Positions 36,818 to 51,600 are shown, counted from the first letter of the stretch. The stretch is 64,000 bases of DNA from the human T2T-CHM13v2.0 reference genome, Homo sapiens (GCF_009914755.1 NC_060925.1); one strand, 5' to 3'. Translations and numbers: made by a program. Notes: a model not told the origin generated them from the letters alone.

Positions 36818-38989
36818 TGGGTATGGATTTCTGAGTGGAGGGAATGTGAACAAAGGAGGGCCCAGGCATGTTTGCAGAGTGGCTGGGGGCCCTGCTTCAC
36901 CACGGCATAGGGACGGGTGCAGTAGGAAGAAAGGTAGCCTCAAGGCCCCCATAAATAAATTGGTGCATTAAGGAAGGAATATTAATCACATCCAGGAGGG
37001 CTCTGCCCTAACTGCTGAGAATCATAAAAGAAATGGGGACATATTCTGGCGAAATAACAGCTTTGTTAATTGAGCTCTTACTGTGTGCCTTTGCACTGTG
37101 TTAAGCACATGGTGTTATCACACTTGCTACTCACAACAGCTCTGAGGTTGATAGTACAGGTATCTTCTTTTTATGGAGCAGGACTCTGAGACATCATAAT
37201 TGCTTGGTATATGCAGCCAGAGTTGGAAATCCTATCTGTCTGATTTTGGAAACTGTGTGCTTACCATTACATATCTTATGCGGAAATAAAATGTATATGA
37301 TTAATTACAAAGCTGAAAATCGTAGTTGAAGCATCATATAGTGCACAGGGCAAGCAAAGCAGCATAAAAGGCTTCATCTGTAAGGGTAGGTTTGTTGGGT
37401 AGGAGCTTTTTGGGGGAGGTGACTTTAGGATCAGTTGTAGCATGAGAGAATATGACACATTCTTCCTTTAGAGGATCTAAAGGTGTAGCTTTAGAGGATT
37501 GTAGGGTGCCTTTGCCCATTGTGTCATTTGGTCCTTCTTAAAATTTGAGTGTTTATTCTCTACATGGCACTCTTTTAAGCCTTTGTGTGAATTAACTCAG
37601 TCTTCTCAGCAATCCCCCATTTTTTCATATGTGGAAACTGAGGCATGTTATGATACAAAGCTTGTCCAAGAATTCAGAGCTAGTAAGTGAGGGAACTGGG
37701 ATTTGAATTTAAGCAGTCTGTCTCTAGAGTCTGCTCAGCTGGCCTTTTTTTCTTTCTTCTTCTTCTTCTTTTTTTTTTTTTTTTTGTATAATAGGCCTGT
37801 GAGTTGGGAAGAGCAGGGTTTGTTTGGTGAGAAAGTTGCACCTTAGTGAATACCCAAGGTCTGAGGGAGGCTTGGAGCCAGCTCTGCAACCTGGCTCCCT
37901 TCTTTCATTAGCTTGACCCAAGCACAGGGAGATGACTGGGGCTCTGCCTTCATCTTCTCTGCAAACGGTCAGGGATACTCATGCAGTTTTTGAGTTTAAG
38001 TAGTAAACTCCTAAACTTCAAGTCATGTTTGTATTAGTGATTTCACTTGACCTCAGTACAACTCTGTAAAAGAGGCAGGGATGGATGATGTCATTTGTCA
38101 AATGGTAAAACTGAGGCGAAACAACTTGGCATTGTTGGTGTTGTGCGAAGTACATGCATAGGCTTTGGATTTGAGTTTGGCTCTGCCACTAACTTGATCT
38201 ATGTCTTCAGGCAAGTAACTTAAATGCTCTGAGTGTTGCATTCTCTGTGAAGTGGAAATAGCTGTACTTTGCCCAAGAGTTGTGAGAGTGACATGAATTG
38301 CTATATGTGAGGTTCTTAGCATAGTGCCTGGCAAGTAGAAGGTACTCATCTGTGAATGGGGTAGATAGCAGCTGTCTTCATCACTGTCATCATTGTTGGC
38401 TCACATCAAATCAGGACCAGAAAACCCTGTTGACTTCTGGGTCTTAAACTGCTGTATCAGTGAGGGGCTTCCTCCTCATACTCATTGCCAGGAGTAGAGT
38501 AAGGCTTTTAATTTCATCTCTAACCAACTCTGATAGGGCTGGAAATGTGTATGGAGTTCCAGACCCACCATGGGGCCCCAGTGCTAGCTTCTTAGCCCTC
38601 CTTTGTAAGGTTTGCACTAGTTTGATGGGAGAGGGATTTTTTTTGTCTTGATTCTGAAGCTCTTAAAGAAATGCTCCTTTTTCTCCATAACTTGAGGATT
38701 TCACAATTGTATTGGAATTATTGGTGTTAAGGAGTTAGGTCCATCTCTTGGCAGCTTGTGAAGGGTGGGCAGGCACCTGTGAATTCTTCACTGGCTTCTT
38801 GTAAGAATGACTTTACTGGAGGGTGCTGAGTTTGTGATTATCTCCTCTGCTGCTAGAAAACTCCGTGAACCCTGGTACATATAGCGTGATAAATCAAGTC
38901 CTGTTTTTGCTCCTAACTTGCATTATGGTGTTTGATACTATATCTTCATTTCTCCCATGGTAGTAATAACACTGTTGGAAAGAGCTCTC

Positions 38990-39091
38990 AGTTGGAAGTT
39001 GAAGATCCAGGTTCTAGTTGAGGCACCAGAGTTTCCTTGGGCAAGTTGCCATACCTTTTTGGGCCTTGGTTTCCTCATCTCAATAAAATGA
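38990..39091 (+). mobile_element. MIR fragment
   Basis: ccttgggcaagtt...ccttggtttcctcatct core motif. Confidence 0.7.
39082..39087 (+). terminator. Candidate distal CDC42 poly(A) signal inside a MIR
   Basis: AATAAA followed by a strong U/GU-rich tract (ctttttggtttgtgtctttttttc). Confidence 0.6.
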
Positions 39092-39607
39092 GTTTCTGTT
39101 CCTTTTTGGTTTGTGTCTTTTTTTCAGTAGGCCTTCTTTTTCATAAACAAAAGCTTATATAGAGCCCCACTGTAGAAACAGAAAAGGTGTATGAAACAGA
39201 GTTGCTGTAGTTAATGCAGGCCCAGCAGCTTTACTCTTCCCACTGCCTCCTTGTTGCAAACAGAGATAAACTTTGTGCAGCCCTAGTAACCTCTAAGGTG
39301 TTGCCAAGGGATTTGAACACGACTGGTGCAGGTTCATTTCTGTAGCCTCTTAAGTTTCAGGATTTTTTGCTAGCTATTGACAGGTAGTTAACAAAAATCT
39401 ATAAAACCTGTATACTAAATATACAAGTAGACTAGTGAGTCTTCAAGAATTTTGTGATTATTATCCCTATATGGAGAATCTTTTTAGATTTTTACTGATA
39501 TAGTTGAGAGATTCTAAGTTTGGTTCAGTCTGTAGTTTTAAAAAAAATGTATAGCAGTAACCAGTAAAGACCGAGTTGGTTTTTGTTTATAGGATAAATA
39601 CGGCTGC

Positions 39608-39903
39608 TTTTTTTTTTTGAGACGAAGTTCCGCTCTTGTTGCCCAGGCTGGAGTGCAATGGCGTGATCTTGGCTCACTGCAACTTCCACCTCGCAGGTTC
39701 AAGCAGTTCTCCTGCCTCAGCTTCCTGAGTAGCTGGGATTACAGGCATGTGCCACCACGCCCAGCTCATTTTTTGGTATTTTTAGTAGAGACGGGGTTTC
39801 TCCATGTTGGTCAGGCTGGTCTCGAACTCCCAACCTCAGGTGATCCTCCCGCCTCGACCTCTCAAAGTGCTGGGATTACAGGCGTGAGCCACTGGGCCTG
39901 GCC
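39608..39903 (-). mobile_element. Alu (Sp/Sq-like)
   Basis: TSD aaatacggct. Confidence 0.92.
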
Positions 39904-40539
39904 AAATACGGCTTCTTAACAGCGGCAGACAGGATATTTTCCTACCTTGTGGATCACTTCCTTTTGGGAATACTAGTAGGATCCAAGCATAAATATAATT
40001 CAGTGGTGAAACTAGATCCCTTTACAGACTTATCTGTTTCCCTTCTTGTAAGTATCCTGGCATTCTTCATTACAATTTATATAAAATAGCATATTTCCTG
40101 TTGTTCATGTTTCAGGAATCATTCTAGTGCCAGTTCTATGTAGAACTTTTTGATTTTAAAGAGAAAAACTGTATTAAATAGTAGGAAAAGCACATATATT
40201 TTGGAGTAGAAGGCCCTAACTTTGAATCTGGCTCTGTTAATGACTAGCTGTGTTTGGGCAAACTGCTTTAGTTTTTGAGTCTTGATTTACACATCTGTAA
40301 AATCGAGCCAATTCTGCAGAGTTGTCATTAGGATTTAGGGATAAGGTACTCTCCTCCAATAAGCACTCGGACAAGAGGATAGACAAAGCTTTGTCTGATA
40401 GGGAATTCTCATAGAAGAACAGCCAATTTTATAATGGTAGTGGGTACAAAATGGTAATTTGTCACTGTGATTTACTTTTGTTTAGGCATTTATTCATTTC
40501 AGGAATGCTTATCTATATCTTGTCTGTTTTGTAGGAGCC

Positions 40540-40750
40540 AGTATAGAGTAGTATTAAAAACATAGACTCTAGAGCCAGACTGCCTGGTTTTGAATCTTGG
40601 GTTCACTGTTTACTGGCTGTGTGATCTTGGGCAAGATATTTAACTTGGATGTTTTTCTTTTGAGGATAGTAACAATATCACCTCACGGGGTTTCATGAGG
40701 ATTAGACAAGTTCATGTGCGTAAAGTGCTTACAACAGTGTTTGGTTATTA
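40540..40750 (+). mobile_element. MIR
   Basis: agactctagagccagactgcctggttttgaatc...gtgatcttgggcaag...taaagtgcttacaacagtg. Confidence 0.8.
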
Positions 40751-41726
40751 TTGTTAGCTGTTGTATGATTATCTTGAGAGATTACTTGTATATCTAATCT
40801 CAAGATTAGAGGTCTTGAGACTTACAGAGCTAGCCCGAATGGCAAATATGTTTGAATTAAGCATTTCCTGTAGACTGTGTTTAATAGTTCAGATGGGTAG
40901 GAATGCAGTTCAAAAAACCTGTCAAGCAATCCCAGTAGTATTTTCTGATGAACCCTCAAGTCCTTCTGGATAAGACCCCAGCTAGTGCTGAAATGTGGTG
41001 AGGCCTGTGTTTCCTCCCTGAAAATAATGACCAAGATTTTACATTTGCACAGTGTGTCACGTTCTTTCAGTTTATTCCCACAGTCTGTGAGGTGGATAGG
41101 CCAAGGGTGATAATTCATTACATTTTAAAATAAGGGTATGGTCTCTGGGAAGGAAAACAATTTGCTTAGAGTTGTACAGCTGTTTGGTGACTACACTTCA
41201 GGCCTCTGTTTTTAGGCCAGTGTTCTTTTATGCCAGCCTGGTCCTGCTCTCTTCTGATAGAGGTTCTAAGGAATTGTTACCTTGTAGTAACCAGTGATCT
41301 ATGGATCATGACTGTGGGGTTGAGAGTCGTAACCAGTGCCTTTTTAGCTCATAGAACTCTTGGAGGAGCTAATGGTACTTTTCCCCGTGGGGCCAGTGGT
41401 GGGTCTGATGCACCTCTGGGAATAATAGTAATAATAAAAGGAAGAAACAAAGTGTGATTTGCCCGATTGAGGGTGACTAGGAGTGACTTTGGGAACACAT
41501 CTAATTGTTTGTCAGTAGATTGTTATTTTGCCACATTCAGTCACTGCCTACAGTGATTTACAGCCATTATTTCTTAACATGCTGCATTTTTCTTTGGTAT
41601 GCCTTAGTGGTATACCTGGTATAGATCTGAAGGTACTGTATAGTTAGTTTGCCTACATAACACTAACAATGCAGTTCATTCCTTTGTTCATAAATTCATT
41701 TATTTAACAAACGTCTGCTTAGTACC

Positions 41727-42113
41727 TGTATTCGTCTGTTCTCAATGCTGCTGATAAAGACATACCCAAGACTGGGTAATTTATAAAGGAAAAGAGGTTT
41801 AATTGACTCACAGTTCAGCATGGCTGGGGAGGCCTCAGGAAACTTACAGTCATGGTGGAAGGGGAAGCAAACACGTCCTTCACATGGCGGCAGGAGAGAA
41901 TTGCAGAGCAAAGTGGTGGGGGGTAGGGGGAAGCCCCTTATAAAACCATCAGATCTTGTGAGAACTCATTATCACGAGAACAGCATGGAGGTAACCGCCC
42001 TCATGATTCAGTTACTTCCCTCCAAGTCCCTCCCATGACATGTGGGGACATGGGGATTATGGGAACTATAATTCAAGATGAGATTTGGGTGGGGACACAG
42101 CCAAACCATATCA
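41727..42113 (-). mobile_element. THE1 (MaLR) solo LTR inserted in an L2 remnant
   Basis: Reverse complement starts TGATATGGTTTGGCTGTGTCCCCACCC; 387 bp; 5-bp TSD GTACC at 41722-41726 and 42114-42118. Confidence 0.9.
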
Positions 42114-42619
42114 GTACCTCTCATGATGCAGTAGGATGACCAAGACAAAATTCTTAAACTGGCGGGACTTACATTCTAGTAGGGGGAGGCAGACATGATT
42201 AAAATGTGTATGTCAGAGATGGTGTTAAGTGCTGTAGAGAGAAAGTACGGGACTCCACAGTCCCATCAGGTCTGATTACTTACACTTCTCGGATTTAAAA
42301 AAGGAGATCCTTGAAAGTCTTAAAAGGCTATAAGGAAGAAAAACTGCTTCTCAAAACCTAGGTTTTGTATATATCGTAGAACTGTAAGTATTTTAAAGAG
42401 CTAGAAGATTCAGATTATGTTTATTTCCTCTCTGATTTTAATTGCTTTGAGGATATTATAGTCTTACTTGGTTCAAGTTAGTTGAACTTGGTTCAGGCCA
42501 AGTTATCAGTAATGGGAATGATAATGATAGGTGAGTCTCTCTTTAAAAAGACAATGGGAAGGACTTTTAGAGGTTATTTAGACTAGCCCTCTCAATTTTG
42601 GCGGGGTGGGGTGAGTGTA

Positions 42620-43100
42620 ACAGCTTTATTGAGATATAATTCCTGTACCATACAATTCACTTAAAGTGTACAAGTCAGTGGTTTTTAGTTTATTCACAAA
42701 ATTGTGCAACTATCACCTGATAAATTTTAGAACTTTCTCTTTCCTTCAAAAACTCTTTTCTTCAAAAACACCCTTTAGCTGTCATACCCTGAAACTTTCT
42801 GCCCCATCTGCCCAGCCCTAAACAACCGCTGAACCACTTCCTGTCACTGTAGATTTGCCCATTGTGAATACTTCGTATAATTATAATATGTAGTCTTTTT
42901 TAACCAACTTGTTTCACTTAACGTGTTTTCAAGGTTCATCCGTATGGTAGCATGTGTCATTACTTCATTCCTTTTTATGGCTAAATAGTATTCCATTGTA
43001 TGGAGATACCACATTTTGCTTATTCATTCCATCAAATGATGGACACGTGAGTTATTTCTACCTTTTGGTTACAATGAACATTGTGTACACATTTTTACAT
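42620..43100 (-). mobile_element. Old L1M 3' end fragment
   Basis: ctttattgagatataattc...ttcattcctttttatggctaaatagtattccattgtatgg motifs. Confidence 0.75.
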
Positions 43101-43574
43101 GATCTCTCAGTTTTCAAATGAAGTAAATGTAGTGGGGTGATTTGCCCAGTTCCCAGTGTGGTTCCAATGCATTGTGGGGCTCCGGAGGAGGCAGTGGTGC
43201 CACCTGCTTGACCAAGATCGTAGCTAGCTGTGAGGAGCTTGGAGCATGTAGGCATTTCTGGAAGAATTGAAATTATGTTTAGTTTCAGGGCCTTCTGTTC
43301 CTTCAGGAGGAGTGATACAATGGCATGAGGATGGACTTTGGTATCACATTTTCTACTGAGCCTCTGTAACCCTGGACAGGTGACTTCTATAAGCCTTGGT
43401 TTTCTCATTTGAAAAATGGAATTAATAATGTACCTTGCAGTGTTGTGAAGACTAGCAATAACATAGGTAAAGCACCCACCAGATCTAGCTGTGTAAGTGG
43501 TATCATCATTTAGGAAGTTACTGGAAGGACCAAGGAAAATGACGATAAGGTGGGCCTGTAATGATCCAGAGCAG

Positions 43575-43588
43575 CCACTAGATGGCAG
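43575..43588 (+). promoter_or_regulatory. CTCF core motif
   Basis: CCACTAGATGGCAG fits the CCASYAGRKGGCRS consensus at every position; occupancy cannot be seen from sequence. Confidence 0.65.
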
Positions 43589-45240
43589 AGAAATAGCAAG
43601 AAAAGACTGGCTGGTTGTGCACCTGGAACTTAGTAAGGTTTGTTAAGCTTCTTTCTAATTGTCCTTAAGAGGAGAGTACAGGCCCCCACATTGCTGGGAA
43701 AAGAGCCCACCGCCCACAGAATGTCATCACCCCATACCTGCAGCCTGTGCAGATATAGAAACACTACTGTGCGCCAAATTCGATAATCTTGCTTCTCATT
43801 TCTTAAAATAATTGCTGCCAATTCCCTAGACCCCAGTCTGCTTGACTGTCATGAAATTGCCTTTCAGTTAACCTTCAGCCAAGTATCAGTCTTCGTTCTC
43901 CTTGTCTGTTTTATTTATTTTTATTTTTTACTTAAATTGGGTCATGAGTCAAGCCTTGTAGATTCTGTTGTTGGGGAACTTGCAGACCAAGACATCCTCT
44001 GTTTTAGACAGATATATTCCATCCCTACAAGCAGAGTTAAAGTTAGACTGTCAGGGAATAGTGAAATGTCTGTGTGTGGGATGATGCTTGGAGAAAATTG
44101 GTCGATTTCAGGGCTGTTTAGGTTGTTTGAAATAGGTACAAGCAGAGAACTTTTGAGGGCAGCCATTGGGACTGTTATACCAGATGACCTCCCCCTTCTT
44201 CCAGAGTTCTGAGTCTAGGTGCCCAGAATGGGTAAGTCAGTGGAAGGTTCACCTTTTCCCTGGGCCATTTAGGAGGACTTCCGGCTCTTGGTTTCTCTCA
44301 GCCCCCTTTTGCTGCCAGGGAGGGCAGTTGTGTTTCTAATTGAGTTGAGGCTGCCTGGTTTGTAGAGGCCAGTGAATTGAGGATAAAAAAAGCAGATGAG
44401 TTAGGGGCAAATTGGTAGGATCTTGGGGCTGGAAGTAGCCTTGAAAAAGATCACTTGGTTCAGCAATGAATGTCTGACTTAGGAAGACACTAAACCTCTA
44501 GTCCTGAGACCCTGCAGCTAAACTGAGAGGGTCTTGGGCAGGCCTGAAACTTAGACAGAAATATATGGCTGAGGTCGGTTCCTGGGCCTCAGCAGGTCTG
44601 GTTCTTGTTCATTGGGAACCAAATGGCTCTGGTCTCACACTGCCTGATTTTCTTAATGTCTCTGCTGTCTTAACTTGTGTTTGAGCCTCTCCTATCTAGC
44701 ATGGTGTTGAGCACATAGTTCAGTTCTATGAACAGAAGGAAGGGAGAAGAGGAGTCAGGAATGCAAAAGAAGGCAACAGGGAAAAAGCTTGCATGGGTCG
44801 TAATACATTGTATTTATAAAGCTGCTGAGAAAATGCTTTCATGTTCATCTTCATAAAAGCCTGTGAGGCAAATAGAACAGGTGTTTATTTTACAAATGAG
44901 AAAACTGGCTTAGAGTTGAGCTTCTACAAGATTTTACAGATTGAACTGGAGTCTTTTGGTTCTGAATCCAGTGTTCCCGCTACTCAAACACCTTACTTTT
45001 GTGGGTGGTGCCTCTTCTCCCTTTTCTGTGGTTAGGAAAGCTAGAACTGGCCTTCTACTCATTCATAAAGTGGGTAAGAGTCATCCTTGGAGTATGTAGG
45101 GATTTCATCCTTAGCACCTCTCAGGTCCCTGTTTTCCTTCCATGAAGCCACGTACCGTTGAGACAGGCTGTTGCTCAGATTGAGGTAGAAGTGATTTACG
45201 GAAACTGGCCTGGCAGTGGCTGCTTTGGGTTCCAGATTAA

Positions 45241-45655
<415 letters not shown>

Positions 45656-47884
45656 AAGAAGGAGCATTTTTTTCAAAAGCAGTTTTCAGGTTACCAGAGA
45701 AGTTACAGGTTTTGGGATAAAACAAACCTAGGTTTCAAACCCCTTCGTGCCATCTAATAGCTGTGGCTTTGGACAAATCCATTAACCTCTAAGCTTTAGT
45801 TTCATTATCCCTAAAATTAAATCATTGCTATGTTGTAGGGTTGGTGAGAATTAGAGATGTGTGCATGAGATCAGCATGTAGTGAGTGTCTTTACGTTCTA
45901 GCTTTTCATGTCTCTACTGTGTGCTTCCAAGTTACCTTCTGCTTTGGGGTGCTGAGAGCAGGAATCCCGACCGAGGCCTGGTTTTTGGGAAGTTCACCCC
46001 AGGGGCTATAGAATCTGGTGCATTTGTATTTTCCCAGGAGAAGGGGGAGGATGTCTTTAAACTTTTTGCTGGCTGCTGGGCCCTGGGACAAAGGGGAGAC
46101 AAGCCCCAGGGCTGAGACAATCATGTCTTTATTATCTCAGATGTCTCAGGCCTGTCCCCCGCCTGGAGATATATGGCTGGGAAGGCTAACTCCATGGCCT
46201 CGGCGCGATTCCAGGTCCTAGGAATGTCTGGCTGTTTTATAGCAAACAGAATCACGCACAACAGCCCAGCATCCAGGCATCTCCACCCCAGCAAGCTCAT
46301 TCTCCCCGCCAGCTTGTAAAACAGTGGGACCTACAGCAGTGTGACACAGGCCCCATGGCTCTTGGGGTCTCAACACCTTGGCATAGGGCAGCAGTCATGG
46401 GCAATGTTGAACCCATCTAAGGCTTTGGGCACAGGGCCAGCAGTGCAGGCCTGGCTGTATCCAGGGACCACCTTTCAGACCAGGCCCTGCCTGGCTCAGT
46501 TCTCACTTGCAAGCCATGGGCTGCCCTAATTCTAGCCTGTTTCTCTTCCTTTTGACCCGTTTGGGGAGCAGCTGCAGGGAACCACTGAGAAGGCTTGTTT
46601 ACAGATGCACTTGGCACAGGATGGGGAGACCAGCAGCGATGAGTCCTGAGTTCCAACTTCCAGCTGCTCCCAGGTGCTGAGAAGCCTTCTACTTTGGGCC
46701 CCAAAAAAACAAGTCCACACTGTTGTCTTTGGCCGGGGCTTCAGGAACTTGGAGATGAGGAGACTAGAAGACAGTGGGTGAGATAGCTGTCCAGGCCGTC
46801 ATCTATAACAAAGCTGTGTGGGCTGGCCCTCCAGGGAGGCCTTGCACAGGGACCATGGGTTGTGGACCCAGGCTGAGGCTCTTCTCTGGGGCCCTGAAAG
46901 GGGCACTAAGGGGCCTTGAAGTCCAGGGATAGTAATGGGTAGAGATAGTTTAATTGTTCCCTTGACTTCTTTATTCTGGAGAAGGAACAGTCCAGAGTAA
47001 CAGTCATAGACCTGTAGCATTTTGGAAAAGGGCTGGAGCCCACTCTTGTGTGGCCGTTCATCAGTGAGTCGGTCTATCTTGCACCTCTCTGATGGTCAGT
47101 AGATGGTTATGTTTTCTCCCCTAACATGGATGTCTCAGTTCATTTGATCTTCAGTGCATCCTTCCCACCCTCGATATGAAATAGAAGTTCCAGATCCCAC
47201 CCAGAGAGTGCTCACAGTTTAGTGGGGGGGTATGCATGTGTAAGCAGTAGTATGTATGACACCATGTGGCTTGTACCTTGGGAAGCACAGGTCTGTCAAA
47301 GGAGCATCAGTCCCTTTTTTCTTTAAAGTGTGTCCTCTGCCCAACTGAAGTCTTGGGGAGCCTACTCTTAAACATCTACTGGCTCAGCATTCTCAGGATT
47401 GGAAGTGGGGGCAGGAACATTCTCTGATGTTAAAAGCCGTAATAGCTAATGACTGAGCCCTGGCTGTGTGACCAGCCATGTGCTAAGGGTTTTACATGCT
47501 GTATCTTCATGATAGCTCTGTGAGACGGCTACTCTTTTCATTCCCAGTTTATAACTGAGGAAACAAGTTAATGACTTGCCCAAGGTTCACAGCCAGTCCA
47601 TGGTAGAGCTGGGGTTATTTGACTCCACAACTTAAAAAAAAATTATTTTTGAGAATGTTCTGAGCTGTTTTTTCTTGTAACTGAGATCCAGCTGGTGCTA
47701 TTGGTGGGCTGTTGTGGCTAACTGCCTTACAGAAAATGTAAAAATGTCTAGAATAGAGTTGACATTAAGTCCCTTACATGTCAATAACTAAATTATTAGT
47801 TTACTTAAGCTGAAATTAGTCAACTGGCAGTTAAAAGAAAAGTGGTGTTCAGTATTTATTTCTATAGAAAAGTGGTAAGGTGTG

Positions 47885-48340
47885 GCTGGGCATGATGGCT
47901 AACACCTGTTAGGCCATCCTGGCAACATGGTGAAACACTGTCTCTACAGTAAAATTAAAAAAAAAAAATTATAAAGACAGATTCTCACTCTGTCACCCAG
48001 GCTGAAGTGTAGTGGTGCAATCATAGCTCACTGTAGCCTTGAACTTTTTTTTTTTTTTTTTTTTGAGACGGAGTCTCGCCCTGTTGCCTAGGCTGGAGTG
48101 CATTGTTGTGGTCTCAGCTCACTGCAACCTCTGTTTCTCCAGTTCAAGCGATTCTCCTGCCTCAGCCTCCTGAGTAGCTGGGATTATAGGCCTGTGCCAC
48201 CATGCCTGGCTAATTTTTTTGTATTTTTAGTAGAGACGGGGTTTCACCATGTTGGCCAGGTTGGTCTCAAACTCCAGAGCTCGTGATCCTCCTGCCTCGG
48301 CCTCCCAAAGTGCTGGGACTACAGGCATGAGCCACCGTGC
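47885..48340. mobile_element. Composite Alu cluster: + fragment, - J-like fragment, and - Alu at 48045-48340
   Basis: Nested fragments; gccttgaactt recurs at the junctions. Confidence 0.82.
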
Positions 48341-48577
48341 CTTGAACTTGAACAAGCCAGCCAGCCTTGAACTTTTGACTCCAGAACTTGTACTACCAGC
48401 TCCCCTTGGGGGCAGTAATAGAATAGCTGGTAGACAAATGATGTGTAGAATTTGAAATGCTTATTTTATCAGATGAGAATAATAGAAAAAAAACAACAAA
48501 AAGGAAATGCTTATTTTAAAATCACTATTGTGTTGATTTGTTTTTAGTCACAAGATTTATTTTGAAATGACAGATTA

Positions 48578-48935
<358 letters not shown>

Positions 48936-51306
48936 TTAAAGGTTGAGAATCTCTTGCTTGCCAGCAAGTGGCTGCTTCACTGGGTGAGCTGTACAGAGCT
49001 GTGACCCTTGAGGGCACAGTGGAGGGGAGTAACCTGCCTTTCCCCTTGCCATACTGGGGGTCCCCCTATTAAACCGAAGCCTGCTGTGGTTGGAAATGGG
49101 TACCTGAGCAGCTTGGGGAGCAGGAATCACACCCATATTGAGTGTATCCTAGATTCTGAGATGAGAGGGTCAGGATGTGTAAAGTAAGCATCTGGCTGTG
49201 CTTACTTGCCCAGGTGGGAAGGGTGAGTGTGTGTGTCCCAGGTCAGAAGTGAAGGGAATGGGGGAGCAACTATTCATTGGATGCCGACCTGCATTATGGT
49301 TCAGTTCTCACAGGAGTCCTTTGAGATGGGACAGATGGGGAAGCTGTGCAACTTCAGCTCTCAGGCTTTTCCCACCACACTATTGCCTGTTGTTTTGGAG
49401 AGCAAGTCTCAAGTCCCCTCTCCTCACACCCTTCTGATTTGAGGGATTGAGCCGCTCCTCTCAGCCTCCCTCTTTCCCAGTTGAAGCTGTCTGAATTCAT
49501 AGCAGCAGCCCTGGATCCTCTTGGTCACTTCTCTGGATCCACTCCAGCTCTATGATGAATCAGAGGGGCAGCAGCTCGCCCTGTCCTGGCTGCGATAACC
49601 ATCAGCCATTCTTGAAGCTTCCCAGGTGGCTCTAGCTGCTGTCCAAGAAGGGGATGGGGGAGGAGGCCCAGGTTGCAGGAGGTGCTGGAAGGAAGGAGGA
49701 GGAGAGATGGGAGAAGAGAGATCCAGCAAGCAAATTCTAGTGTCACCTAAACCTGATGAGACCAGGAGCTTGGAATGCCATTCTCCACATGCCCAGTATA
49801 TACTTCCCTCACTCTTAAGGAAAGAGCCAGTGTTCTGGCCAGTGACTACCGTCAGCATCCCTGATAGCCCTTCCCAGTCCATATAGCACTTCTCCATACA
49901 GTGTTTCACTTGGGCCTCCAGCAACCGTAATGGTGGAAGTGTGAGGTCAGGAAGCCTGTGTAGAGTGGAGGCTTTAGAATTAGAACTGGGTCCAGTCCTG
50001 GCCCTGCGGTATCTTCATCTCTACTTTACAGATGAGGTTGAGAGGTTTATGAACTTGCTTCAGATTCCTCAGGCTGCCAGCAATGAGGAATGAGACCCCA
50101 GGTCTTCTGATGCCTAGAAAGAGGCTTCATGAGGAAAGAAGGGAGAAGCAAGCATCTATAGAGCTCTGGTTAGGTGCTGGTTAAAGTCCTGCTTAGGAAT
50201 CTGCTTGTTTCTGTGTACTTACGATCTGTTTGTTTTCTTTCAATTTCCTAGTAAAAGATGTTTTTGAAAAATACCTCCCTGTTTGGCTGAACTGAAGGGA
50301 AAAGGACTCGTCAACTCATCTATACCTTGGTTCAGGCGAGATGCTCTAGAGCCAGGTGTGGGAGCAGCCCAAAAGGGGTTTGGACTGGATTGTCAGCCCC
50401 TTCCTGCTGCAGGCAGGCACCTGACAGCCAATCTGACAGGCCTGGAGCTGGGCCTGAAGTTCTTCTGCCACGCCAGCCAGGGAAAGGGGTGGGGGGAGGG
50501 CTGCTGTTTCCAGCTATGGCTTTGTCAGCTCTAGCAATGTGACTCCAGGCTTCCTCATCCCCTGCCTTAAAGAGAAAACTGTAGAGCGATGTGTAATTCT
50601 CCAGCAGAGTGACAGAGTTCAGCTTAGCCCAGCCAGAGACAGATTTCATGCTCCTGTATGGGGAGGGGTAGGCTCAAGGCTCTGAAGCCCTCTGGCCAGG
50701 AAGCACCAAGGGTAGGTCTACGCCAGTAGTGGAGTGAGGGAAGTGGAGGGTCTGTGGGACTGAGGAGGGGCTCTGATAACATACTCCATCCTGACCAGCA
50801 GGCTGAAGCCTTAGGTTCCGGCCTTGGGCAAGTCTCTTCCCTTCTGTAGGTCTCAGTCTCACCCGTAAAATAGCGATGAAGCCTACACCTGCCTCTTGGT
50901 TGGTTTATCTGACAGGAAATGTTTGTGTTCACTTGCTTGCCTATGAACGTGACATGGGATAATGCTAGTAAATGGTGCTTTAGTGCAGGCCTGACCCACG
51001 GTCAGTGAGTTGCTCAGTAAATGGTGTGGTGTTGAGTATTGATAATTAGTAGTGTCCTGCATCACTCTCTCAGGGAGGCCATGTCTGTTGCTTTCTCAAG
51101 TAGAAGCTTCAAGGAGGCAACTGTTCCTGATGTCGCTACAAAGTCCATTGTTGACCCTTATATCTGGCAGGAGGCCTGTGAGGACTTAAGAAAAAAAGGG
51201 AGTCCTTGGGTAGGTGAGGAACCAAATTGAGGATGGAGGCTTTGGCTCAAAAGGGGGATCAGAGCTGATGAAGGTGGAGTTGGTCTGGAATCAAGAAGGG
51301 GGGCTA

Positions 51307-51600
51307 GGCTGGGTGCGGTGGCTCACGCCTGTAATCCCAGCACTTTGGAAGGCTGAGGCGGGTGGATTACTTGAGGTCAGGAGTTCGAGACCGGCCTGAC
51401 CAACATGGTGAAACCCTGTCTCTACTAAAATACAAAAATTAGCTGGGTGTGGTGGCAGGCGCCGGGAATCCCAGCCGCTTGGGAGGCTGAGGCAGGAGAA
51501 TTGCCTGAACCCACGAGGCAGAGATTGCGGTGAGCCATTATTGTGCCACTGTACTCTAGCCTGGGTGACAGAGGGAGACTTTGCCTCAAAAATTAAAAGA
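51307..51600 (+). mobile_element. Alu (S-type)
   Basis: TSD aagaag(g/c)ggggcta. Confidence 0.9.
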
